From an uncultured Syntrophaceae bacterium (lineage in GTDB: Bacteria; Desulfobacterota; Syntrophia; Syntrophales; UBA2210): a DNA stretch of 64,000 bases. The notes below the pieces were generated by a model. It saw nothing but the letters and a program-made list of their open reading frames with translations. It was not told the DNA's origin and searched no databases. The stretch spans positions 21,806 through 85,805 of the forward strand of contig CAZINZ010000001.1 in assembly GCA_964540715.1 (NCBI GenBank), written 5' to 3'. Below, piece after piece: positions 43,849 through 53,391 of the stretch. A program made the position numbers and the translations under genes. Position 1 is the stretch's first letter. Each line of letters opens with the position of its first letter.

Positions 43849-45702
43849 ATGGTGAAAGTCCGGTTATTTAAAGGTCTTCAACAGACGCAAAATCAGATAT
43901 CATTCCGTGAACAACAATATCGGAAACCTATGCAAAGATTTTTAAAAAAGATATCCCTGCCACATCTGAATGTAAGCGAACATGCCATAATGATTTTTAT
44001 GGCGATTATCGTCGGGGTACTCGGTGGGTATGGAGCGATTGTCTTCAGATTGTTTGTTCGTTTTTCACAGTCCATTTTCTTCGGTCCGGGCGGGACAAGT
44101 TTTCTCGACCATGTGATGGCCCTGCCATGGTACGCAAAACTGATCCCACCTGCCACAGGCGGCCTGCTCGTCGGTGTCATTATCTATTTTTTCGCGCGTG
44201 AAGCGCGTGGACCGGGGGTATCCGAAACCATAGAAGCCGTCGCCCTGAAAGGTGGCTTGATCAGAAAGAGAGTGTTTTTCGTTAAGATTCTCACCTCGGC
44301 AATATCCATAGGATCGGGTGGTTCAGCTGGGAGAGAAGGCCCTATAGTACAGATAGGCTCGGCAATTGGCTCTCTATTCGGACAGATAACACGGGTTTCG
44401 GCTGACAGAATGAGAACCCTGGTCGGCTGCGGGGCGGCGGCGGGAGTCGCTGCAACCTTCAATGCACCCATTGCCGGTGTTATGTTCGCCATGGAAATTA
44501 TCATCGGAAACTACGGCATAGCCACATTCAGTCCGATAATAATATCTTCCGTCACGGCAACCGTCATCTCCAGGATCCATCTTGGAGACTATCCGGCCTT
44601 TCTTGTCCCACACTATAGCCTGGTAAGCCCTCTCGAGCTTCCCTTCTACGTGCTCCTTGGAATTGTCGCGGGTGTGACAGGGGCATTATTCATAACGCTC
44701 CTCTACAAAACGGAAGACCTGTTCGGCATGATGAAGATTCCCGAATATACAAAGGCAGCAGTGGGCGGTCTGATGGTCGGGACAATCGGAATATTTCTCC
44801 CTTATATATACGGCGTGGGGTATGACGCTATCAGTCTCGCACTTTGGGAGAATCTCGCCTGGTACATGTTGATTATTCTTGTATTCGTGAAGATTATCGC
44901 CACATCTCTTACAATTGGATCGGGAGGGTCAGGGGGAATCTTTGCCCCGTCCTTATTCATAGGAGCGATGGCGGGAGGGGCCTTCGGACACTTTATTCAT
45001 CAGATGTTCCCCGCAATAACGGCCTCTGCAGGGGCCTACTCCCTGGTGGGAATGGGAGCGGTCCTTGCGGCTACAACTCACGGACCCATTCACGCCATAC
45101 TCATCATATTCGAAATGACCGGAAATTATAAGGTCATAGTTCCCCTGATGCTTGCCTGTATTACAGGTTACGTTATAGCCTCTAACATCAACAGAGAATC
45201 CATCTTTACATTAAAGCTCGCAAGAAGAGGGGTGGATCTAAAAGCGGGAAGAGAAGTCAATATCATGAAATCCCTTCTCGTTAAGAATGCCATGACAACA
45301 GAGGTGTCAACGGTATCTGAAAATATGCACCTCAATAAACTGCTTAAGCATACCTTTTCAAGCAAACACTCGAGTTTTCCCGTCGTTGACAATAATGGTC
45401 TGCTAAACGGGATAGTAAGCTTTCAGGATTTCAAGGAGGTGGTTTTTGAGGAAGGCCTGGGAGACCTCGTTGTGGTAAAGGATATCGCCATCCCCGACGT
45501 CATAACCCTAACACGGGATGAAAGCCTGGATGAGGCACTGAAAAAGATAGGCCTGAAGAATATAGAACAGCTTCCGGTGGTCGACGAAAATAACCCGAGA
45601 AAGATAGTGGGCATACTCTCACGAAGGGATATATTCTCGGCATACAATAAGGCGCTTATCAACAGATCGCTGGCAGAAGACAGGATAAAGGATAAAGGAT
45701 AA
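43849..45702 (+). CDS. ClC-family chloride channel/antiporter with two C-terminal CBS domains
   Basis: GSGGSAGREGPIVQIG, GSGGSGGIFAPSLFIGA, and CBS-like repeats at the C-terminus. The true start may be the internal MQRFLKK (43930). Confidence 0.85.
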   Translation: MVKVRLFKGLQQTQNQISFREQQYRKPMQRFLKKISLPHLNVSEHAIMIFMAIIVGVLGGYGAIVFRLFVRFSQSIFFGPGGTSFLDHVMALPWYAKLIPPATGGLLVGVIIYFFAREARGPGVSETIEAVALKGGLIRKRVFFVKILTSAISIGSGGSAGREGPIVQIGSAIGSLFGQITRVSADRMRTLVGCGAAAGVAATFNAPIAGVMFAMEIIIGNYGIATFSPIIISSVTATVISRIHLGDYPAFLVPHYSLVSPLELPFYVLLGIVAGVTGALFITLLYKTEDLFGMMKIPEYTKAAVGGLMVGTIGIFLPYIYGVGYDAISLALWENLAWYMLIILVFVKIIATSLTIGSGGSGGIFAPSLFIGAMAGGAFGHFIHQMFPAITASAGAYSLVGMGAVLAATTHGPIHAILIIFEMTGNYKVIVPLMLACITGYVIASNINRESIFTLKLARRGVDLKAGREVNIMKSLLVKNAMTTEVSTVSENMHLNKLLKHTFSSKHSSFPVVDNNGLLNGIVSFQDFKEVVFEEGLGDLVVVKDIAIPDVITLTRDESLDEALKKIGLKNIEQLPVVDENNPRKIVGILSRRDIFSAYNKALINRSLAEDRIKDKG

Positions 45703-45746
45703 AGGCTGACAGTTTCAGCCTGAATGTCTACAGTCTGAACAACCTG

Positions 45747-47036
45747 TCAGGACACCTTAATAACAATATGCTGTTTTTTTCCTTTTCTCATGTGGATTTC
45801 ACCATCTTCGATATCGTCTGACCCGATCTTTTCGTCAAAGGCCCCCACCTGCCTGTCATTAACGTATGCTCCGCCCTGTGAGATCAGCCTTCTCGCTTCA
45901 CTTTTGGTCGCACACAAATCAACATCATGAAAAAGCTCAAAGGCGGGAATACCAGCCACAAATTCTTCCCTCGTCTTTTCCACCGTTGGTATTGCCGATG
46001 CTCCAACGTCAGCGCTACCCCTCGGTATCGAGCTTGACTGGAACAGGCTGGAACTTACCGGTTTCAGCCCGAAGTTATTCACTGCCGCCCCCCAGGCGGC
46101 AATCGCCGCGTCCTGTCCATGTGTAATCCTTGTAGCTTCGAAGGCCAGAACGGCTTTTGCCATGTTCAGATCGGAATCCACAAGGTTCTCTACCTCCTTT
46201 ACCTCTTCCATAGGCAGGAGTGTAAACAGTGCAAGAAATTTCCCGACATCAGCGTCTTCAGTGTTTATCCAGTACTGAAAATAATCATAGGGCGTGGTGA
46301 GTCCGGCGTCCAACCATACAGTACCTTTCTCGGTTTTGCCCATCTTATGTCCATGGGATGTGGTAAGAAGGGGGAAAGTCATTCCAAAGACCCTCTTACC
46401 TTCGAGTCTCCTTGTAAGGTCTATTCCCGCAACAATATTGCCCCACTGGTCATTGCCGCCCATCTGCATGACGCACCCATAATTTTTGCAGAGATAATAA
46501 AAATCGTAGGATTGCAGAAGCATATAATTAAATTCAATAAAATTGAGCCCCCTCTCCAGACGCATTTTGCAGCTCTCCGCAGTGAGCATACGGTTGACGC
46601 TGAAACAGCATCCTATATCCCTTAGAAATTCCAGATAGTTGAGCTCAGCCAGCCAGTCCGCGTTGTTCAACAGAAGAGCCCTGTCCTCTTTGAAATCCAG
46701 GTATTGTGAGAGCTGTTTCTTGATAGCCTCCGCGTTTATATCAGTTTCATCCCGCGTCAATATGCAGCGCATCTCGGTCTTGCCGCTCGGATCACCTATA
46801 AGGCCGGTCCCTCCGCCGACAAGAGCGATGATTTTGTGCCCGCAGTGCTGCATATGCATGAGCGACATTATCGGAACAAGACTCCCGATGTGAAGACTCA
46901 CTGCGGTGGGATCAAAGCCGATATAACAGGTGATCTCCTCCCGTTTCAAAAGATCCTTTATCGACTCCTCATCTGTTACCTGTTCTATAAAGCCTCTTTC
47001 TTGAAGTATGTCATACGCACTTTTCACGCCCATCAC
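45747..47036 (-). CDS. tyrS: tyrosine--tRNA ligase
   Basis: GFDPTAVSLHIGSLVP (HIGH), HKMGKTEKG (KMSKS) and a C-terminal S4-like domain. Confidence 0.9.
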   Translation of the reverse strand: MMGVKSAYDILQERGFIEQVTDEESIKDLLKREEITCYIGFDPTAVSLHIGSLVPIMSLMHMQHCGHKIIALVGGGTGLIGDPSGKTEMRCILTRDETDINAEAIKKQLSQYLDFKEDRALLLNNADWLAELNYLEFLRDIGCCFSVNRMLTAESCKMRLERGLNFIEFNYMLLQSYDFYYLCKNYGCVMQMGGNDQWGNIVAGIDLTRRLEGKRVFGMTFPLLTTSHGHKMGKTEKGTVWLDAGLTTPYDYFQYWINTEDADVGKFLALFTLLPMEEVKEVENLVDSDLNMAKAVLAFEATRITHGQDAAIAAWGAAVNNFGLKPVSSSLFQSSSIPRGSADVGASAIPTVEKTREEFVAGIPAFELFHDVDLCATKSEARRLISQGGAYVNDRQVGAFDEKIGSDDIEDGEIHMRKGKKQHIVIKVS

Positions 47037-47038
47037 TG

Positions 47039-47824
47039 TTAACCTTCCATATCAACACTCAGCCTTTCAATGGAAAGGCTCTTGCCTGTCTTGTTGTCAA
47101 TATCTATCAGCACCCCCTGGAGCCGGATATCCCCTTTCGCCATACTAAACCTGTTGGGCAGTTGAGTCCAAAATCTCTCAAGCGCCACCTCTTTTTTGAT
47201 TCCGAGGACAGAATCAAAGGGACCCGTCATACCGACGTCTGTTATGTAGGCAGTTCCATCGGGCAGCACCCTCTCATCCGCCGTCTGCACATGTGTATGC
47301 GTGCCCAGGACAGCGCTGACCTTTCCATCCAGAAACCAGCCCATCGCTTCCTTTTCAGATGTCGCCTCGGCATGCATGTCAACTATTATTATATTCGTTT
47401 TATCTTTCAGTCCTTCGATTTCTCTCTCGGCAACACGAAATGGACAATCGAGAGGTTTCATAAAGACTCGTCCTTCGAGATTCAACACGCCCATGGATAC
47501 TCCCAGTCTGGTGTCAATTACCACGCTCCCATTGCCCACGGTTCCTTCCGGATAATTGGCTGGTCTTAAAAGGGTCTCGTAGTCACCCATAAAACCACTG
47601 GTTTCTTTCTTGTCCCATATATGATTTCCTGATGTCAAAACGTCTATTTCGTGGTGGTAGAGCTCATCCACTATCTTCCTGGTTACGCCGAAACCGCCGG
47701 CCGCATTCTCGCAATTCGCGATGACAATGTCCACCCTGTGTCGTCCAACTATTCCGGGTAGGAGGGCTTTTACCGCCTGTCTCCCCGGTTTTCCGACTAT
47801 ATCTCCTATAAAAAATACTTTCAC
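47039..47824 (-). CDS. ymdB: YmdB-like metallophosphoesterase (TIGR00282 family)
   Basis: MKVFFIGDIVGKPGR, NCENAAGGFG, GNHIWDK, HAEATSEK. It lies directly downstream of rny, as in Bacillus. Confidence 0.85.
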   Translation of the reverse strand: MKVFFIGDIVGKPGRQAVKALLPGIVGRHRVDIVIANCENAAGGFGVTRKIVDELYHHEIDVLTSGNHIWDKKETSGFMGDYETLLRPANYPEGTVGNGSVVIDTRLGVSMGVLNLEGRVFMKPLDCPFRVAEREIEGLKDKTNIIIVDMHAEATSEKEAMGWFLDGKVSAVLGTHTHVQTADERVLPDGTAYITDVGMTGPFDSVLGIKKEVALERFWTQLPNRFSMAKGDIRLQGVLIDIDNKTGKSLSIERLSVDMEG

Positions 47825-47844
47825 TTTTCAAATCTTCTCTCTAT

Positions 47845-49410
47845 CTATTTTGCAAAATCGGATATACGTGTTTCCCTTATTACTGTAACTTTTATCTGTC
47901 CCGGGTAGGTAAGCTCCGATTCAATTTTTTTCGCAATATCCCTGCAGAGCATCACGGCATCATTATCAGAAACCTTTTCATTTTCTACAAGGATACGTAT
48001 CTCTCTCCCTGCCTGTATGGCATAACACTTGTCGACACCTTTGAAGGAAGTCGCTATCCCCTCCAGCTCGGTCAGCCGTTTCACATAAGTTTCCAACATC
48101 TCCCTTCGGGCACCCGGTCTCGCTGCTGAAAGAGTGTCCGCTGCCTGTATAAGAACATCCAGAACAGTGTTGTTACGCCCGTCGTCATGATGATGCGCTA
48201 TAGCCTGAACAATCCTGTCGGATTCACCAAACTTCGTGGCGTATTCCGCTCCAATGGTTGCATGAGGACCTTCTATTTCATGATCAACAGCCTTCCCGAT
48301 ATCGTGCAGCAACCCGGCTCTTTTTGCGTCTTTTACATTCATTCTCAGTTCGGCGGCCATCATACCCGCAAGATGCGAAACCTCAATGGAATGTTCCAGG
48401 ACATTCTGAGAATAGCTTGTCCGAAATCTCAACCTTCCGAGGAGCTTCAACAACTCAGGATGAACATCATGGACACCGGCATCGAACGACACCCTTTCAC
48501 CTGTTTCGCGAATCACCTTGTCAATATCGGATCTTACCTTCTTGACTATCTCCTCTATCCTGCCCGGATGAATCCTTCCGTCACTGATCAGATTTTCCAG
48601 GGATCTTTTGGCCACTTCCCGCCGCACGGGGTCGAAGCTCGAAACAACCACAGCCTCGGGGGTATCATCAATAATCAGGTCTGTACCGGTTGCGGCCTCA
48701 ATTGCCCTTATGTTTCGCCCTTCTCTACCGATTATCCTTCCCTTCATTTCATCCGAGGGAAGATTCACAACTGATACCGTCTTCTCGACCACAAAATCGG
48801 AGGCATATCTCTGAACCGCATACGCCAATATCTCCTGGGACCTCTTTTCGGATTCCCTTTTGGTCTCTTCCTCAATTCTCCTTATTACACCACTCGCTTC
48901 GTGCCGCGCATCATCCGTCATCAACTGAACAAGGTATTCCTTTGCCTGCTCTGATGAAATTCCGGCAATTTTTTCCAGCCTTTCTTTTTGCTCTTCAATA
49001 ACCTTATCCAGGTTGGAGTGTTTTTCATTCAAGAGCGACTCTTTATTCAGAACTGCATTTTCCTTCTTCTCTATACCGGTCTCTCTCTGGGCAAAAATGT
49101 CCGCCTTTTTGTCCAGATTCTCTTCCTTTTGCCGAAGTCTGTCTTCTATCTTCTCAAATTCTGTTCTTCTGTCTCTTGTTGATCTTTCGAATTCATTTTT
49201 GGACCTGAGAAGATTATCCTTGGCCTGGAGGACAGCTTCTTTTTTAATGTTCTCCGCTTCTTTCTTGGCCTCGCTTGTAATCCTCAACGACAGGCTCTCA
49301 GACGACTCCAGCATCCTGCTTGAAATGCTCTTTCTGGCAAAATATCCCAGCGCCATGCCTGCCGCAACAGACCCCAACATTATGAGTATTATAAAACTGA
49401 TGTTTGACAA
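47845..49410 (-). CDS. rny: ribonuclease Y
   Basis: 521 aa with an N-terminal TM, a coiled coil, KH ([15 protein letters not shown]) and HD ([20 protein letters not shown]) domains. It uses a TTG start with a GGAGGTGA SD. Confidence 0.9.
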   Translation of the reverse strand: MSNISFIILIMLGSVAAGMALGYFARKSISSRMLESSESLSLRITSEAKKEAENIKKEAVLQAKDNLLRSKNEFERSTRDRRTEFEKIEDRLRQKEENLDKKADIFAQRETGIEKKENAVLNKESLLNEKHSNLDKVIEEQKERLEKIAGISSEQAKEYLVQLMTDDARHEASGVIRRIEEETKRESEKRSQEILAYAVQRYASDFVVEKTVSVVNLPSDEMKGRIIGREGRNIRAIEAATGTDLIIDDTPEAVVVSSFDPVRREVAKRSLENLISDGRIHPGRIEEIVKKVRSDIDKVIRETGERVSFDAGVHDVHPELLKLLGRLRFRTSYSQNVLEHSIEVSHLAGMMAAELRMNVKDAKRAGLLHDIGKAVDHEIEGPHATIGAEYATKFGESDRIVQAIAHHHDDGRNNTVLDVLIQAADTLSAARPGARREMLETYVKRLTELEGIATSFKGVDKCYAIQAGREIRILVENEKVSDNDAVMLCRDIAKKIESELTYPGQIKVTVIRETRISDFAK

Positions 49411-49463
49411 ATTCCCTCACCTCCCCCGAAATTATAACATACAGAACCGGGAACTTAAGATTT

Positions 49464-49666
49464 GCAGCAACGGGAGGGGTCAGGAAAAGACATGTTGCGC
49501 CCGAGGAATGATAGCCCCGAGGCACAATCGCATAGGGACGGGCGCACGATATATCTCGCCCAATACCTTGAGAGAAATGGGACTGCTTCTGCCATATTTC
49601 TCCCCCGCCTATGCCGTAGTAACCACTTTTTTGAACCTTACAAAAGATTTGGCGCCCTGTTGCTGC
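49464..49666 (-). ncRNA. candidate structured RNA downstream of zapA (6S/SsrS-like position; unproven)
   Basis: This lies within a 350-nt gap with no plausible ORF. Nested long-range helices on the minus strand are GCAGCAAC(a)GGG (49666-49655) with CCCGTTGCTGC (49474-49464), and GCATAGGCGGG (49614-49604) with CCCG(tc)CCTATGC (49542-49530). Local hairpins also occur (GAGAAAT...ATTTCTC). Confidence 0.3.
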
Positions 49667-49762
49667 TTCAGGCTTCCCACACATCCCAACGTCAGGTTTC
49701 AGTGAGCATGCACACCACTAACAAGGAAGGGGCCCCGATTATAAGATTGTTGGTTCAAAAAA

Positions 49763-50074
49763 CTAAAGGTCATCACGCACATCGCAGGGGATTAACTTGC
49801 TTTTTTTATCTATATAACTTATTAACCCGTCTACTTCGTTTTCAAACCTGCTATGCAGGTCCTTTTTTTCTTCTTTTTCCTTAAACAATTCTTCGGCAAC
49901 ATTTAAAGCAACCAATATGGCAATATCTGAAGTTGTTACATCCTCTGAGACATCTTTTATTTCCTTAGCCCTCTCATTTATATAACGGACAATCTTACTT
50001 ACATATTCATCCCCTTTATCACTCAGGACTGAAAGCTCCCGTCCTATTACCCTTATTTCGAAACGCTGTTTCAA
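49763..50074 (-). CDS. zapA: cell division protein ZapA
   Basis: 103 aa: IRVIGRELSVLSDKGDEYVSKIVRYINERAKEI...ILVALNVAEEL. Confidence 0.8.
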   Translation of the reverse strand: MKQRFEIRVIGRELSVLSDKGDEYVSKIVRYINERAKEIKDVSEDVTTSDIAILVALNVAEELFKEKEEKKDLHSRFENEVDGLISYIDKKSKLIPCDVRDDL

Positions 50075-50091
50075 ATGCGATTCCCCTGTGT

Positions 50092-50319
50092 TTAATCCTG
50101 AGGCTCCTCTATATCACACAACATATCAAGGAGCATATCCACCTTGGTACGCACTGCATCCTTATCATGATTTAACGCCCGTATCCGATCGTTCGCATCA
50201 CCTAGTTCCACGCTTTTACTTTCCAGCAACTTTTCCAGTTCAAGATTCCGTTCCTTCAGCACGGAATACTCTTCTACGATTCCCTTTATTTTTTGTTCAA
50301 GCTCGTCAAATCTTCCCAA
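50092..50319 (-). CDS. ZapB-like coiled-coil protein
   Basis: 75 aa: FDELEQKIKGIVEEYSVLKERNLELEKLLE... It uses a TTG start and sits upstream of zapA. Confidence 0.6.
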   Translation of the reverse strand: MGRFDELEQKIKGIVEEYSVLKERNLELEKLLESKSVELGDANDRIRALNHDKDAVRTKVDMLLDMLCDIEEPQD

Positions 50320-50352
50320 CTCTTCACCCGGATTTCATCTTAGTTGCGTAGT

Positions 50353-50381
50353 GATATAATATTTTTGAGTGATTATGTCAA
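50353..50381 (-). promoter_or_regulatory. sigma-70 promoter candidate for zapB-zapA
   Basis: The minus strand reads TTGACA (50381-50376), 17 nt spacer, TATATC (50358-50353). Confidence 0.5.
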
Positions 50382-50400
50382 TTCACCCGATAAAAGTCAA

Positions 50401-50422
50401 GACGCTTTCTCGACGCTTTCTC
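50401..50422. repeat. 11-nt tandem repeat (GACGCTTTCTC x2)
   Basis: Direct reading. The repeat lies just upstream of the zapB -35 box. Confidence 0.8.
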
Positions 50423-50493
50423 GATGGCTGTTTGATGCACGGCGGGGGTACAGTTTCTAATGCACAGAAATACGCATCAGTCCATACGCCCGG

Positions 50494-50530
50494 CACAAAA
50501 AAAGGGGTTGCGTTGATACACAACCCCTGT
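50494..50530 (-). terminator. rho-independent terminator after tRNA-Phe
   Basis: The minus strand reads AGGGGTTG-tgtatcaacg-CAACCCCT followed by TTTTTTTTG. Confidence 0.8.
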
Positions 50531-50537
50531 AAATAAA

Positions 50538-50613
50538 TGGTGGGTCAGGGCAGAATCGAACTGCCGACACCGGGATTTTCAGTCCCGTGCTCTACCGACT
50601 GAGCTACCGACCC
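50538..50613 (-). tRNA. tRNA-Phe (anticodon GAA)
   Basis: The reverse complement is GGGTCGGTAGCTCAGTCGGTAGAGCACGGGACTGAAAATCCCGGTGTCGGCAGTTCGATTCTGCCCTGACCCACCA. It is a cloverleaf with the CTGAAAA anticodon loop. Confidence 0.95.
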
Positions 50614-50776
50614 ACACCATATATACCTGTAGAAGGTCTGCTTACTATACAATCCCTATTCTTTTGTCAAGTTTTTTTGCCTTCCGAAATCCATCAGATG
50701 AAGGACAATATGGATATCACCGGTGGCCCCTGATTCACCATTTATTGGCGATGGATTATGAGTTCATGGTTTATAA

Positions 50777-50805
50777 TTGACATCAGGTCACTGCACACTT
50801 ATACT
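50777..50805 (+). promoter_or_regulatory. sigma-70 promoter candidate for the lipoprotein gene
   Basis: TTGACA (50777-50782), 17 nt spacer, TATACT (50800-50805). Confidence 0.5.
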
Positions 50806-50847
50806 CCCTCAAAGAACGAATAAATCAAAAGGAGGAACGAAATCATC

Positions 50848-51519
50848 ATGAAACGCTGTCTTTCGTTAATAGCAACAGCCGCGGTCGTGCCACTGATTCT
50901 CCTCTATTCATGCACACCCGTAAACCTTTACACAATCAACATGAAATACACGCCGTCTGAAGCCGCTTCGGCCCAGGTTGAAGACACTGAAAGTGTTAAG
51001 CTTGTCGTAGCCAGATTCATCGATTCAAGAAGCGCGAAAGATAAGATGGTTATCGGCACAGTGGTGTCGTCTGACGGCGGCACGATACCGGTACTACCGA
51101 AATACATTAAGCCTGTGGACGCGGTTACCGACGGTATCAGAGAATGCCTGCTCGCGGCAGGATATTCTCTGTCCCCGGACATACCTGCGTGGAACCTCCG
51201 GAGCGATTCGATCAACAAAGGATGGGGAACAGTTCTGATTGGTGGCACTATCGACAAGCTTGAGGTTGTCTGTCACAAAGACGGGATAAAGAAACAATAC
51301 CACACGGATGTAAAACTGACGATAGTTTTTGCTGATATACGCGATGCACGCTTATTCCGCAAGCTGGAGATTGAAACGAACCCTTCGCTGGTACATGTGC
51401 GATTTTCCGAAAAGATACTGGAGGAACAGATAAACACTGCACTTTCAGATGCCATCGAACAGGTGTTCGGAGACAGGGAGACAATGCAGAAGATACTGGG
51501 TGAAGCGGCAGAGAAGTAA
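50848..51519 (+). CDS. lipoprotein of unknown function (YajG-like by eye)
   Basis: 223 aa with lipobox LLYSC. No recognisable catalytic motif. Confidence 0.5.
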   Translation: MKRCLSLIATAAVVPLILLYSCTPVNLYTINMKYTPSEAASAQVEDTESVKLVVARFIDSRSAKDKMVIGTVVSSDGGTIPVLPKYIKPVDAVTDGIRECLLAAGYSLSPDIPAWNLRSDSINKGWGTVLIGGTIDKLEVVCHKDGIKKQYHTDVKLTIVFADIRDARLFRKLEIETNPSLVHVRFSEKILEEQINTALSDAIEQVFGDRETMQKILGEAAEK

Positions 51520-51643
51520 TCAACGAACCCTCAACGGGGAACCCCTCTCAGATAGAAACTGGGACGTTAACCAGGCTCCCGGATTGCGATTCCCAGGGCA
51601 ATCATCATTCACTCAGGCGGGAAAAAATAGAGGAAAAAACATC

Positions 51644-51671
51644 TTGACTTACGTCCAAAATACTATATAGT
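51644..51671 (+). promoter_or_regulatory. sigma-70 promoter candidate for csp with a long 5'UTR
   Basis: TTGACT (51644-51649), 16 nt spacer, TATAGT (51666-51671). It would give a ~170-nt leader, as is typical of cspA-type mRNAs. Confidence 0.5.
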
Positions 51672-51844
51672 TTTTCCAATTAGAAAAAAGTGCTTTTGCT
51701 GACAGTCAGTTGGTGGGGTGCGGTAAAGTTAGGATTGAGACATTTTAAAGTACAAAATTGCACATTCGGATTTTCGGTATTCTGTTTTCTTTTTACATGT
51801 AGGCGATCCTGCTTTAGAAAAATCAAGAAAGGAGGATTGCCGTA

Positions 51845-52045
51845 ATGCCTGAAGGTACCGTAAAGTGGTTTAATTCAAGCAAGGGTTTCGGCTTCATTGA
51901 AAGCGATGAAGGCGGGGATGTTTTTGTTCATTACAGCGCCATTCAAACCGAAGGTTTCAGAACCCTGGAGGAGAACCAGCGCGTGACATTTGATGTTGAG
52001 CAGGGCAACAAGGGCCCGTCAGCCGCTAACGTCAAGATCATATAA
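51845..52045 (+). CDS. cold-shock protein (CspA family)
   Basis: [30 protein letters not shown] (RNP1/RNP2 motifs). Confidence 0.95.
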   Translation: MPEGTVKWFNSSKGFGFIESDEGGDVFVHYSAIQTEGFRTLEENQRVTFDVEQGNKGPSAANVKII

Positions 52046-52060
52046 ATATTATTCCTAGCA

Positions 52061-52100
52061 AAAACCGGCGCCCTGATTATTTTCGGGGCGCCTTTTTTTT
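52061..52100. terminator. bidirectional terminator between csp and hemA
   Basis: GGCGCCC (52067-52073) / GGGCGCC (52086-52092) followed by TTTTTTTT, with an A-run on the other side. Confidence 0.8.
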
Positions 52101-52119
52101 GCGACCGCATCAACCCTGA

Positions 52120-53382
52120 TTATTCCAGCCTGAACAGCTTCTTTACCACTGCCAGATAAGGGCCGGCTTCACCATTGCGACCTTCTTTCTTCAGTCCCAC
52201 GACGGGATCATGCAGTATTTTGTTCACAATGGAATTGACAAGTATTTTTATATTTTCATTCTGTTCCCCGTCGAGGTCCTTCATCCATGAATGAGACTTC
52301 TCCATCTCTCCCTTAACTATGCCTTCCGTCTTGTTCTTCAACTCAACTATCGTGGGAACAACTTCCAGGGCGGCGAACCATCCGGAAAATCTGGCAACTT
52401 CTTCATCAATAATGGCTTCCGCCTTTTTTGCCTCGTTAAGGCGGCCTTCCATATTCTCATCAACTACCCCTTGTAAATCGTTAATATTGTACAGATACAC
52501 ATTGTCAATTTTTCCCGCGGCGGGGTCAATGTCTCTCGGAACCGCCACATCGATAAGAAACATCAGCCTGTTTTTACGCCTGCGCAAGGCCGTCGCGACC
52601 ATATCCACTGATATAATACAATCCGAAGAACCTGTGGAACTTATCACTATATCCACATCTCCGAGTTTCTCCTCCAGCAGTTCAAATTCAACAGGGAATC
52701 CGTGAAAGTCGTTCGCGAGTTTTACCGCGTTCCCGTAGGTACGATTGGAAAAGATTATCCGGTTAACCCCATTGTCCATGAGATGCTTCGCCGCAAGCTG
52801 CGCCATCTCGCCTGCACCGACAAGGAGTACCGTTTTTCTGTCAAGCTCTCCGAATATCTTTTTGGCAAGCTTTACCGCCGCGTAACTCACTGAGACCGCA
52901 TTGTTTGCTATAGATGTCTCCGTTCTCACCCTTTTTGCCACCGAAAAAGCATGGTGAAGGAGCCTATTTAATATGACACCGGATGTTTTTTGTCTCACAC
53001 ACAGGCGGTAGGCATCCTTGACCTGCCCCAGGATCTGTGGCTCCCCCATGATCATTGAATCGAGACTTGACGCCACCCTGAAGAGATGGCGCACCGCATC
53101 TTCATCACGGTACAGATAGAGACATTTTCCCATTTCTTCGGGAGAAAGGTTACCCTGCGATATGATAAATGCCTTTAAATCCTCCTCTATCGCGTCGCCG
53201 GATTTCGTGTTCACCAACACCTCAAACCTGTTGCAGGTGGAAAGATACATCACCTCGCCGGCATGAGGAATGTCCTTCAGTTGCGCGAGGGTCTTCTCCT
53301 CTTCCCCACATGATATGGACAGTCTCTCCCTTATATTCAGAGGGGCACTCCTATGATTTATTCCGAGGAGGGTTATGCTCAT
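52120..53382 (-). CDS. hemA: glutamyl-tRNA reductase
   Basis: 420 aa with LGINHRSAPLNIRE, LSTCNRFE and LVGAGEMAQLAAKHL. Confidence 0.95.
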   Translation of the reverse strand: MSITLLGINHRSAPLNIRERLSISCGEEEKTLAQLKDIPHAGEVMYLSTCNRFEVLVNTKSGDAIEEDLKAFIISQGNLSPEEMGKCLYLYRDEDAVRHLFRVASSLDSMIMGEPQILGQVKDAYRLCVRQKTSGVILNRLLHHAFSVAKRVRTETSIANNAVSVSYAAVKLAKKIFGELDRKTVLLVGAGEMAQLAAKHLMDNGVNRIIFSNRTYGNAVKLANDFHGFPVEFELLEEKLGDVDIVISSTGSSDCIISVDMVATALRRRKNRLMFLIDVAVPRDIDPAAGKIDNVYLYNINDLQGVVDENMEGRLNEAKKAEAIIDEEVARFSGWFAALEVVPTIVELKNKTEGIVKGEMEKSHSWMKDLDGEQNENIKILVNSIVNKILHDPVVGLKKEGRNGEAGPYLAVVKKLFRLE

Positions 53383-53391
53383 GTTCTCTCA

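Noticed and set aside
49431-49436. Perfect TATAAT (minus strand) as the rny promoter
   Set aside because: It lies only ~21 nt upstream of the TTG start, so a transcript from it would begin inside the SD. The -35 region is poor. It may still function, but I do not call it.
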